Below, piece by piece: positions 7,602-16,129 of a stretch of DNA of 64,000 nt. The first letter of the stretch is position 1; every line of letters begins with the position of its first letter. Both the position numbers and the translations under genes were made by a program. The stretch lies in NCBI GenBank assembly GCA_038045765.1, contig JBBSXN010000003.1:6497-70496 (forward strand), written 5' to 3'. Under the pieces are notes generated by a model that was given only the letters and a program-made list of their open reading frames with translations, searched no databases and was not told the origin of the DNA. Source of the DNA: Nanobdellota archaeon. GTDB lineage: Archaea; Nanobdellota; Nanobdellia; Pacearchaeales; GW2011-AR1.

Positions 7602-9647
7602 ATGGAAAAAGAGGGTTCGTTACTGTCGTTTGATTCAAGTGGGAGAGTTATGCTTCCAGGACAAGAAGAGAATGAAGAAGAATTCAACAGTAATTTTGGA
7701 AGATTTAAATCTGATTTAAAGACGAGTGATTCTCTTGAATTTTTAAAACAAGACGAAGAAGAAAATAAAACTAATGGTAAATTGAATAGTATTTTTGATA
7801 ATTCTTTTTGGAGTTTGTATCAAGGAGATAAAAGGCTAGAACCTTTGAAATTTACTAATGGAAAAACTCAGGAAGATGTTGTTAGAGAAACTGTTCAATT
7901 GATAAAATCTGGAAAGAAGATTGTTTTTATTCATGGTGCGTGTGGAACTGGAAAGTCTGCTATTGCCCTTAATATTGCTCGTGAATTAGGAAGAGCAAGT
8001 ATCGTTGTGCCTGTAAAAGGCTTACAGAGACAGTATGAAGAGGATTATGTTCAAAAGAAGTATGTTCTTAAGAAAAATGGAAAGAAAATGAAAATAGCAA
8101 TGATTACTGGAAGAGATAATCATGATTCTATAATCATGCCTGGGAAAAGCTGTGCAGATCCTAATTTACCAGATACTATCAAATTTACCGATAAAAATTC
8201 TTATTTACTCCGAGATTATTATAAGAATAATCCCATAATAAATGGAAAGGATATGCCTGAAATTAGAGATTTAAAGAGAATAAGTATTGCTCCTGCAAAT
8301 CCTTATTGGAGCCCAATAGTTTCAAGTAATTATGACTTGCCTTTGAAAGATGCAAAGAAAAGAAAATATCTTGGACTAAGTGGGAAGGAATTTACTTTTT
8401 ATCAAAGAAAGAAAGGGTGCAGTTATTATGATCAGTATATTGCTTATTTAGAAGCAGATGTTATAATATTTAATTCTGCTAAATATAAAATTGAAGTGGC
8501 TTTGGATAGGAAGCCAGAGACTGAAGTGGATATTATCGATGAGGCTGATGAGTTTTTAGATAATTTTTCTAGTCAAGAAGAGATAAATCTTACAAGGTTG
8601 TATAATTCTCTTAAAACAATAAGGTCTGAAAGCGAAAGCGTTGGAAAGACTGTCGATAAGATAAATGAATTGATAGAACTTGAGGAGAAAAACAAGAAAG
8701 CTTTGGGAATTGATGAGAATAAGATATTTGAGGCTAGAGAAACTTATATTATGAAGATAATTACCTTGTTAAATAGCGATAAAGAATTGCAGTCTGAAAT
8801 AGAAATTGATGAGATGAATTATGCTAATAAAGTGCTTGAAATTGCTGAAGAGTTTAAGGAGATATTAAGTGATACTTATGTTCTATTTTCAAAGAAAGAG
8901 GATAATTTAATTGCTTCAATAGTTACAACGCAGTTATCTGGAAGATTCAAAGATATTGTTAATAAAAATAAGGCATTAGTTTTGATGTCAGGTACTTTGC
9001 ATGGAAAAGATGTTTTGAAGAGCATATTTGGTTTAGAGGATTTTGCTTTTGTTGATGCAGAGACTAGTTTTCAGGGCCAATTAGACATATTTAGAACTGG
9101 AAAGGAATTTGACTGCAAGTATGAGAGCTTTTCTTCTGGGAGACATAGTAAGAAAGATTATTTTAAAGCTTTAAATGAATGTTTGAAGAAAGCTGAAAAA
9201 CCCGTTCTAATTCATGTAAATTCTTATGATGATTTACCTAATAGTATTGATAAGCAAGAGTATCAATTGGATGAACTCATATCTAAGGAAAAGTTGTATG
9301 AATTGCAAAATGAGGATAAGACTGGTAGATTAATTTCTTTGTTTAAACAGGGAATGAATGATAGATTGTTTAGCACTAGATGTAGCAGAGGGGTTGATTT
9401 TCCTGGAGAACAGTGTAGAAGTATTGTTTTTACTAAATATCCTAATCCTAATGTTCAGGGCGTATTTTGGAAAGTTTTTCAGAAAACGCATAGTGCACAC
9501 TACTGGACTTTTTACAGAGATAAAGCAAAGAGAGAATTTTTACAAAGAATTTATAGAGGATTAAGAACGAAAGATGATCATGTTTTTATTCTTTCACCTG
9601 ATTTAAGGGTTTTGAATGCTGTTCAGGCTTTACAGAGAGAATCATAA
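7602..9647 (+). CDS. Superfamily-2 DNA helicase, XPD/Rad3/DinG-like, without an evident 4-Cys Fe-S module
   Basis: Walker A GACGTGKSAIAL; DEAD-like IIDEADEF; C-terminal SRGVDFPGEQCRSIVFTKYP like the XPD/DinG helicase C-terminal motif. Only two Cys lie between motifs I and II. Confidence 0.6.
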   Translation: MEKEGSLLSFDSSGRVMLPGQEENEEEFNSNFGRFKSDLKTSDSLEFLKQDEEENKTNGKLNSIFDNSFWSLYQGDKRLEPLKFTNGKTQEDVVRETVQLIKSGKKIVFIHGACGTGKSAIALNIARELGRASIVVPVKGLQRQYEEDYVQKKYVLKKNGKKMKIAMITGRDNHDSIIMPGKSCADPNLPDTIKFTDKNSYLLRDYYKNNPIINGKDMPEIRDLKRISIAPANPYWSPIVSSNYDLPLKDAKKRKYLGLSGKEFTFYQRKKGCSYYDQYIAYLEADVIIFNSAKYKIEVALDRKPETEVDIIDEADEFLDNFSSQEEINLTRLYNSLKTIRSESESVGKTVDKINELIELEEKNKKALGIDENKIFEARETYIMKIITLLNSDKELQSEIEIDEMNYANKVLEIAEEFKEILSDTYVLFSKKEDNLIASIVTTQLSGRFKDIVNKNKALVLMSGTLHGKDVLKSIFGLEDFAFVDAETSFQGQLDIFRTGKEFDCKYESFSSGRHSKKDYFKALNECLKKAEKPVLIHVNSYDDLPNSIDKQEYQLDELISKEKLYELQNEDKTGRLISLFKQGMNDRLFSTRCSRGVDFPGEQCRSIVFTKYPNPNVQGVFWKVFQKTHSAHYWTFYRDKAKREFLQRIYRGLRTKDDHVFILSPDLRVLNAVQALQRES

Positions 9648-9703
9648 ATCTTTATATAGGTTGGATAATATAGTATTTTATCTTATGATGAAAGGAGGTT
9701 TTT

Positions 9704-10078
9704 ATGGTTAGTAAATTATTAAAGAGAAACGGCGATAAGTTTTATTTTGTATTCAGAGTACTTATAGGTCTTTTATTCTTCCTTCACGGATGGATGAAAG
9801 TTACAGGTATTATGGATGGTAAGATTGCTTTTCTTAGTTTAATGGGGTTGGCTGCTTTCGTGGAAGTTGTTGGAGGTATATTCATTGTAGTAGGCTTTTT
9901 GACTAGACCTGTTGCTGCTATATGCGGTATACAGATGGTCTTTGCTTATTTCATGGCACATGCTTCTGGCGGATTAAGTCCATTAGCTAATAAGGGAGAG
10001 CCTGCTGTGTTGTTCTTTGTTGCGTTTCTAGTACTTGCAGCACATGGTGCTGGAAGATGGGGACTTGACAACGAGTAA
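9704..10078 (+). CDS. DoxX-family membrane protein
   Basis: FRVLIGLLFFLHGWMK, four hydrophobic helices. Strong SD-like AAGGAGG 6 nt upstream of the ATG. Confidence 0.7.
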   Translation: MVSKLLKRNGDKFYFVFRVLIGLLFFLHGWMKVTGIMDGKIAFLSLMGLAAFVEVVGGIFIVVGFLTRPVAAICGIQMVFAYFMAHASGGLSPLANKGEPAVLFFVAFLVLAAHGAGRWGLDNE

Positions 10079-10116
10079 ACAGATACCTTTTTATTCTCTT
10101 TTTTTCTTATTGTTTT

Positions 10117-11151
10117 ATGAAAAAGAAGGTGGTGATTATTGGAGGCGGTTTTGCTGGCCTTTTTCTGGCTGAATCGCTTGAAAATAAGTTTGAAGTTTTA
10201 TTAGTAGATTCAAAGCCTTTTTTTGAATTTACTCCAGGTATTTTGAGAACTATTGTTGAACCTGAACATAAAGATAAAATTCAGATTATGTATAAAAGTA
10301 TTTTAAAAAATACTAGTTTTATTTTAGATTCTGTTAAGAGCGTTACAAATAAAAAAGTTAAGTTAGATAGCGGAGATGAATTAAGTTATGATTATTTAGT
10401 CATATGCTCTGGTTCAGGATATAGAGAACCTATAAAGGAACAGAAAGTAGTTTTAGCTTCTAGAGCGAGTACTTTAATAGATGCTCATGAGCAGTTAGAG
10501 AGTGCAAAAAATATTTGTATAATTGGAGGAGGTACTGTTGGTGTTGAACTTGCTGCTGAAATTGCAGTTAAATATCATGGAAAGAAAATAAATTTAGTTC
10601 ATAGTAGGGAGAGACTAATGGATAGAGATAATCCTAAAAGCTCAGAGTATGCTTTATATTTCCTAAAAAAGAATGGAGTCGAGGTAATTTTAAATGAAAG
10701 AGTTATTACTGGAGATAAGAATAGCGTAGAAACTGATAAAGGAAGTAAGATTGAATCAGATATTGTATTTTCATGTATGGGAATAAAGCCTAATTCAGAT
10801 TTTATGACTGGAAAAATGAAGACCTGTCTTGATGAAAAAGGATTCATTAAAGTTAATGAATTTTTACAAGTTGAAGGTTTTCAAAATATGTTTTCTGCTG
10901 GAGATGTTAATAGTTGCTTAGTCGAGAAAACAGCACAAAATGCAAAGAATGAAGCTAAGATTGTGGCACGGAATATCCTTGCTTTAGAGAATGTAATGCC
11001 TTTGACTAAATATGATGAAGAAAGAACTCCAATAGTTATCAGTCTTGGAAAGTATAATGGTATTTTAGAGTACAAGAGCTTTGTCTTTACAGGAATCCTA
11101 CCTGCTTTTATGAAATGGTGTGTTGAAAAGAAAGAGATGCTAAGTCTTTAG
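10117..11151 (+). CDS. FAD-dependent pyridine-nucleotide disulfide oxidoreductase (NDH-2/AIF-like)
   Basis: Two dinucleotide folds: KVVIIGGGFAGL and ICIIGGGTVGVELAAE. C-terminal GDV motif (FSAGDVN). Confidence 0.7.
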   Translation: MKKKVVIIGGGFAGLFLAESLENKFEVLLVDSKPFFEFTPGILRTIVEPEHKDKIQIMYKSILKNTSFILDSVKSVTNKKVKLDSGDELSYDYLVICSGSGYREPIKEQKVVLASRASTLIDAHEQLESAKNICIIGGGTVGVELAAEIAVKYHGKKINLVHSRERLMDRDNPKSSEYALYFLKKNGVEVILNERVITGDKNSVETDKGSKIESDIVFSCMGIKPNSDFMTGKMKTCLDEKGFIKVNEFLQVEGFQNMFSAGDVNSCLVEKTAQNAKNEAKIVARNILALENVMPLTKYDEERTPIVISLGKYNGILEYKSFVFTGILPAFMKWCVEKKEMLSL

Positions 11152-12579
11152 GCATCTTATTTGCGATAACCATTCAGGTAACTTCTCAGAATAGTTATTT
11201 CTAGCATCTGGTATCTTTATGTGAGCTTCAGAATTATAGTTAGAACTTAGAATTATTCTCTCCCAAGAAACGCTGTCAAGATTTGAACCTCTTCCTAAGA
11301 GTGCTTGTTCAATTATTTTTCCTCTGGTATTTGCTCTTGTGTTAGTTGGAGGATTCATTATAGCGTTTCTTATTTCTTCTTCAGAAGTTAATGTTCTAAA
11401 ACCACCACATTCTCTTAAATCTGAAAATAAATCGCCTCTGTTTAGAGAATGATATGCTAAATTTACACTTTGGACTTCATCATGGTCTGGAAGAAGACAT
11501 TCATTTTTCATTTTTTCTGTTAATAGGTATCTCTTAGTTACCCAATCTAAAACTCCATAAAGAAGGGCAGGTTCTTCTCCAAATCTTTCTAGCCCTGCTA
11601 TAACTTCTTCTGTTAGTGCTATTGTAACATCTATTTCTGAATCCATTCCAGATAATACTGATCTAGCTCTATCGTTGTATCTTCTTAATAGAGCTAATGC
11701 AGATCTATCTTCAATAGGCATACTTGGAAGATACCATGTTGAACAGATTTCATGAGGATTATTTTTCCTCTGAGGTATAGTAGTTATATGAACTAAGTCT
11801 TTTAGTGCTTCTGTTGATCTATAATCTATATGAGGTAGGCAGCCGTTTTCTGCTAATGAAATCATATTTCTCATAAATCCTGCCTTTAGCCATTCTGCTG
11901 AATCAAGCATATTACTGTCATTACTTGTGTGATGGAATAAACTTTCATTTTCATTTTCTCGGAAGTGTTCATTTTTATAGTCTAGTAGGGAAACTTTTGT
12001 TTCAGTAGGTGTTGCTTCAGGATGAATTTGAGGATCTAAATCTTGATGAATGCCTCTTATTTTTTTAGCTCTTTGAGAAATATTGAACTCTCCTGAAGTT
12101 CTTAGATTTCCTGAACCAGACAATAATTTTTCAAGAACAGCAGGTAATATTAAATTTCCCCTTCTACTTAGAGGAATACATGTTGTATAATTCATATGTG
12201 ATCCCCAAGTATTTTCTTCAAATCTTGGATCTGGGTAAGTTATATCTAAGTTATTTTTATAGATGGTTAGATTAGGATTAGTTTCCGCGCTACTTACTAT
12301 TATTCTTTCTATAGCTCTTTGCCAGGTAAGAAAATCTTTTAATGTTCTAACTTCAGGTGTGCATATTTCCCACATATACTGATCAAGGTAGATTCTTCCA
12401 CCATTTGTTAACCAGAAATCTTTATTTTCATTTCTTAAATTATCTGTTTTAGCTTTAAAGGCTATTTTTGCTAAGTTTGTTTCAATACAACTAGTTTTTA
12501 TTATATCAACTTCCTTACTAGATTGAATACCTAATTCAGTTTCCAAACCCATTACATCTGGTGGAGATCGTCTTGTCAT
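11140..12579 (-). CDS. PafA/Dop-family (Pup-ligase/deamidase fold) carboxylate-amine ligase homologue, copy 1
   Basis: GLETELG; NGGRIYLDQ..EICTPE; YKNN.D...WGSHMNY; LSGSGNL; ISQRAKKI; SNDSNM; LDWVTKRYLL; NLAYHSL; EEEIRNAIMNPPTNTRANTRG. Same order as in actinobacterial PafA (recalled sequence). Start set to ATG 12579, 29 nt from TATA-like TTAAAAAC. Confidence 0.75.
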   Translation of the reverse strand: MTRRSPPDVMGLETELGIQSSKEVDIIKTSCIETNLAKIAFKAKTDNLRNENKDFWLTNGGRIYLDQYMWEICTPEVRTLKDFLTWQRAIERIIVSSAETNPNLTIYKNNLDITYPDPRFEENTWGSHMNYTTCIPLSRRGNLILPAVLEKLLSGSGNLRTSGEFNISQRAKKIRGIHQDLDPQIHPEATPTETKVSLLDYKNEHFRENENESLFHHTSNDSNMLDSAEWLKAGFMRNMISLAENGCLPHIDYRSTEALKDLVHITTIPQRKNNPHEICSTWYLPSMPIEDRSALALLRRYNDRARSVLSGMDSEIDVTIALTEEVIAGLERFGEEPALLYGVLDWVTKRYLLTEKMKNECLLPDHDEVQSVNLAYHSLNRGDLFSDLRECGGFRTLTSEEEIRNAIMNPPTNTRANTRGKIIEQALLGRGSNLDSVSWERIILSSNYNSEAHIKIPDARNNYSEKLPEWLSQIRCLKT

Positions 12580-12627
12580 TAAAAAAAACAAAAATCAGAT
12601 GTTTTTAATCTTTTAGCTATTTCTTAA

Positions 12628-13989
12628 TTATCTTAAAATATGAGTGCTTTCTAAATCTGTAATTATCTTTTGGAAACACTCGTGGCTATATTCCCAAGGG
12701 TCTGGCATAGATATGGTTTTATCGCTACTTCCATAAACTAAACTGATTCTATCCCAAGTTGAAAATTCTATTTTCCAATCAGGATTAATTCTTCTAGTTA
12801 ATTCTGTAATAACGTTATGTCTTAACAATGCTCTAGTTTTAGGAGGATTTTTCATCGCTTCAGTTATTTCTCTTCTTTCAAGCAGCTTTTCTACTAATCC
12901 TAATTCCTCCATTTGAGCAAAAATACCTTCTTCATCTAATCTGCTATAATCATATGCATTGCTTTGTACAAGAGGATGTGTATATGGAAGGCATTCTCTT
13001 TCCTTAAACTTCTTAAGGTTGGTAAATAATGTCGCCCAATCTAATCTACCATATAGAGAATTAAGATCATTACCTGCTCTTTCCAGTCTTTTAAGAGCAT
13101 CATCCCACAAATCTATACAAAAATCGACTTCTGAATCTAATCCCTTAAGATTTTTTCTTGCAGAGTCATTATATGCTCTTGCAATTTTAATTGGATCTTT
13201 CCATTCTCTTTCCGTCCCTTTTAACCTCCATGAGTCAGTCTGTTTTATAATATCTTTTATATCTTTTATTGCATATCTTTTTTTATAATTAATTTTCGGT
13301 AGCAATTCGTGTTGGTGAAGCAAGTATACAAGTCTTCTAGCCCCTCTTTTTAAGAATAATGCATATTCACACATATTTGGATCGTTGTTACTGCATTGAA
13401 TTCTTTCATAATTTTTGAACTCTCCTAGATTTTCTTCAACTTTTTCAATTAATCCTCTTTCACCTGGTCCGTTTTCATCACGGCTTGCAAAGCGGTTTAT
13501 TCTGTCTATATCTTGAGCTGATTGTGCTATTCTAAACTTTCCTTTTTGAGATAAGTGACCTGCACCAGTCCATAATTTTTCTATTATTGTAAAAAGTATG
13601 AATGGGTCTTGCTTATCCTCACTTATTGGGACAAAATAATTATCGTGAGCTCCAAAAGAATTGCTTCTTTTACCACTATCTCTTACATTCTTATAAAATA
13701 ATGGCTTATTTCTATCTCCAAAATAATCTAAAAGTAATTTTTCCATTGCTTTTTCGTAACGTACAGAATCTCTTACTGAAGCACATTCAGGAATACATAT
13801 TTCAGGATGAGCGCAATCTTCATAAATGAGACCACCATTGTTAAAAAAGCTTAAATCTTCATGCAAGACTTCCCCAATATACTTATCTCTAAAACTTGCG
13901 TAATCTACTCTTCCTTTTCTCATTTCTATTCTTTTATCTAATTCTATTCCTATCTCGATGTCTGCGCCTAAAATTATTCTAGTTTCCAT
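12628..13989 (-). CDS. PafA/Dop-family (Pup-ligase/deamidase fold) carboxylate-amine ligase homologue, copy 2
   Basis: GADIEIG; NGGLIYEDCAHPEICIPEC; FYKNVRDSG..SFGAHDNY; WTGAGHL; IAQSAQDI; NNDPNM; IDLWDDAL; LDWATLF; EITEAMKNPPKTRALLR. Confidence 0.75.
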   Translation of the reverse strand: METRIILGADIEIGIELDKRIEMRKGRVDYASFRDKYIGEVLHEDLSFFNNGGLIYEDCAHPEICIPECASVRDSVRYEKAMEKLLLDYFGDRNKPLFYKNVRDSGKRSNSFGAHDNYFVPISEDKQDPFILFTIIEKLWTGAGHLSQKGKFRIAQSAQDIDRINRFASRDENGPGERGLIEKVEENLGEFKNYERIQCSNNDPNMCEYALFLKRGARRLVYLLHQHELLPKINYKKRYAIKDIKDIIKQTDSWRLKGTEREWKDPIKIARAYNDSARKNLKGLDSEVDFCIDLWDDALKRLERAGNDLNSLYGRLDWATLFTNLKKFKERECLPYTHPLVQSNAYDYSRLDEEGIFAQMEELGLVEKLLERREITEAMKNPPKTRALLRHNVITELTRRINPDWKIEFSTWDRISLVYGSSDKTISMPDPWEYSHECFQKIITDLESTHILR

Positions 13990-14041
13990 TTAATCTAGAG
14001 AGCTTTTGTAACCTTTTTAATAATTATGTATTTAGAATATT

Positions 14042-15325
14042 TTACTTTTTAGCTTCTATCTTAGTTATATTATGCATATATGGAACTAGGACTTTTGGAA
14101 TAGTTATGCTTCCATCTTTATTTTGATTGTTTTCTAGTATAGCTACCATTATTCTAGATGTTGCTAGTGCTGTGTTGTTTAATGTGTGGACAGAACCTTT
14201 GTTTCCTTGTTTGTCTATGAATTTTATTCCTATGTTTCTTGCTTGATAGTCTGTGCAGTTTGTGAGAGACATTATTTCTCCATATTCTTTTGTTGTCGGG
14301 CGATAGACTTCAAAGTCTGCTGAACGATATTTCCAGTCTGCTAAATCTCCTGAACAGATTTCAATGATTCTATAAGGCAAATCAAGATCTTGTAGAATAT
14401 CCTCTGTGTTTTTCATTAATTCATCATATATTTTTATTGAGTCATCAGGGTGGCAGAACGCAAATTGCTCCACTTTATTGAATTGGTGGGTTCTCCATAA
14501 ACCTTTATCATTTATTCCGTGTGCTCCCACTTCTTTTCTAAAGCACATTGTGTAAGAAAAGTATTTTTTAGGCATTTCCCAAGACTTTAATGTTTGTTCT
14601 GCGTGCAATGCTAGAAGAGCTTGTTCTGAAGTGCCAATTAAATGTAGGTCTTCATCTTTTATTGAATATACTGATTGTGCAATTGCTGCTTTATCCATGG
14701 AGGCGAAGATTTCCTTCCCATGAAGCATTAAAGGCGGTTCAATGTATGTGTAGCCTTTTTTATACATAGAATCAATTGTAAATCTTATTAGTGCTTGATT
14801 TAACAAAGCTAGTTCATTTTTTAAGTAATAGAATCCTGAGCCTGAAGCTTTAGCTGATGCGTCAAAATCTGCTAAGTCTAAGCTTTCTGCTAATTCTACA
14901 TGATTCTTTATAGGAAAGTCAAATTTCTTTATCTTTCCCCATTTTTTTATTTCTACGTTTTCAGAAGCGTCTTTTCCTAAAGGCGTTTCTTTAGACATTA
15001 TGTTTGGAAGTTCAGATAACATTGAATTTATCTCTTCCATTAATTTATTTGATTTTGCTTCTACCTTTTCAATTTCTTCTGGGATGCTTTTTGCTTTTTT
15101 CAATAGTGCTTTTGCATCTTTCTTAGCCTTCATTGCCTCATTTATCTGCTTTGAAATTGTGTTTCTTTCCGATCTTAATTCATCTGCCTGGCTTTTGAGT
15201 TTTCTCCAGGAAGTATCTTTTTCAATTATATTATCAACTAGCTTTAGCTTTGGAGTTTGTGCTTTTCTTTTTATGTTATTTATTACTATTTCAGGATTTT
15301 CTCTTATTAGCTTTATATCTATCAT
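14042..15325 (-). CDS. serS: Seryl-tRNA synthetase
   Basis: N-terminal coiled-coil arm; class-II motifs (GTSEQAL, FRKEVGAHG, RTHQFNKVE, YGEIMSLTNCTDYQARN). 427 aa. Confidence 0.9.
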   Translation of the reverse strand: MIDIKLIRENPEIVINNIKRKAQTPKLKLVDNIIEKDTSWRKLKSQADELRSERNTISKQINEAMKAKKDAKALLKKAKSIPEEIEKVEAKSNKLMEEINSMLSELPNIMSKETPLGKDASENVEIKKWGKIKKFDFPIKNHVELAESLDLADFDASAKASGSGFYYLKNELALLNQALIRFTIDSMYKKGYTYIEPPLMLHGKEIFASMDKAAIAQSVYSIKDEDLHLIGTSEQALLALHAEQTLKSWEMPKKYFSYTMCFRKEVGAHGINDKGLWRTHQFNKVEQFAFCHPDDSIKIYDELMKNTEDILQDLDLPYRIIEICSGDLADWKYRSADFEVYRPTTKEYGEIMSLTNCTDYQARNIGIKFIDKQGNKGSVHTLNNTALATSRIMVAILENNQNKDGSITIPKVLVPYMHNITKIEAKK

Positions 15326-15346
15326 GTTAATTCATGAACTTTAACA

Positions 15347-15354
15347 TATTTAAA
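15347..15354 (-). promoter_or_regulatory. TATA box (TTTAAATA on minus strand), 29 nt before serS ATG 15325
   Basis: Exact consensus and spacing. Confidence 0.65.
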
Positions 15355-15357
15355 TGT

Positions 15358-15441
15358 AAAGGAACTTGACCAAAACTTAATCCTAAAGGACAGAGTTCCT
15401 TTATCATCCTAAAAACTAGTGCTTTGCACATAGTTTTTCTG
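15358..15441. repeat. Intergenic hairpin pair; the second hairpin is a diverged copy of the one at 17967-18007
   Basis: aaaggaact(27 nt)agttccttt, then catcct-aaaaacta-gtgc-ttt-gcac-a-tagttttt-ctgat. Compare catcc-aaaaaacga-gtgc-tttat-gcac-a-tcgtttttt-gat. Confidence 0.6.
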
Positions 15442-15506
15442 ATGTTAATTTCAGGCAAATTTAAATAGATACAATCAATTTCAATTATACTAAAGAGGCA
15501 AATAGT

Positions 15507-16124
15507 TTGTTAAGTGAATATTTTCAGAGCGTTAGTGCAGTTTATTCAGCCCTAATTGGAGGTTTGCCTCCTGTCTGGTCTCAAGTTTTTATTGTTGTTC
15601 TTGCTGCTTCGTTTATAGTAGTTATCTCTTTATTTATATGGCAATTTTATAAATCTCTATCTAAGAGAGATTTAATTGAACTCAATTTAGATCAGTATAA
15701 TACTGCTGAACATCCTGTAGCTGAGAAAATATTTAGCGTTATATTGTATTTCCTTGAAAATGTAGTAATAATGCCCTTACTTATCGTTTTGTGGTTTGCT
15801 GCACTTTCAGTAGTTATATTAGTTATTTCACCTGAATCTCAGATAGAACATATATTATTCTTAAGTGCTTCACTTGTATCAGCTATTAGAATTTTAGCTT
15901 ATTCAAATTCAGAATTGGCTACTGAATTGGCCAAGTTATTCCCATTCATTACACTTTCCGTTTTCTTGATTTTACCTACTGGATTGGCTTTTCTAGATAT
16001 GAATAAACAACTTTCAGAAATACCTTTCCTTTTTGCTGATGTTTTTTACTTCTTATTTGCTATCTTCATAATAGAAGTAGTATTAAGATTAATTTATTCT
16101 ATTATCTTGACTTATAAGAAATAG
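15507..16124 (+). CDS. Integral membrane protein, unknown function
   Basis: 205 aa with about 5 hydrophobic helices. TTG start preceded by GAGG 8 nt upstream; the start is uncertain. Confidence 0.5.
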   Translation: MLSEYFQSVSAVYSALIGGLPPVWSQVFIVVLAASFIVVISLFIWQFYKSLSKRDLIELNLDQYNTAEHPVAEKIFSVILYFLENVVIMPLLIVLWFAALSVVILVISPESQIEHILFLSASLVSAIRILAYSNSELATELAKLFPFITLSVFLILPTGLAFLDMNKQLSEIPFLFADVFYFLFAIFIIEVVLRLIYSIILTYKK

Positions 16125-16129
16125 TATAT

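Noticed and set aside
3989-9647. An integrated mobile element bounded by tRNA-Trp (toxin-antitoxin genes and a helicase downstream of the tRNA).
   Set aside because: No integrase is present, and I found no direct repeat of the tRNA 3' end (the nearest look-alike, gattcctccctt at about 4387, does not match aattccctccgg). Composition is similar to the rest of the window.
11140-15506. A Pup-like small gene (about 60-70 aa, disordered, ending GGQ or GGE) beside the PafA/Dop homologues.
   Set aside because: The spacers 12580-12627 and 13990-14041 are too short to hold a gene. No ORF in the window, listed or found by eye, ends in GGQ, GGE or GE. This absence is reported rather than forcing a call.
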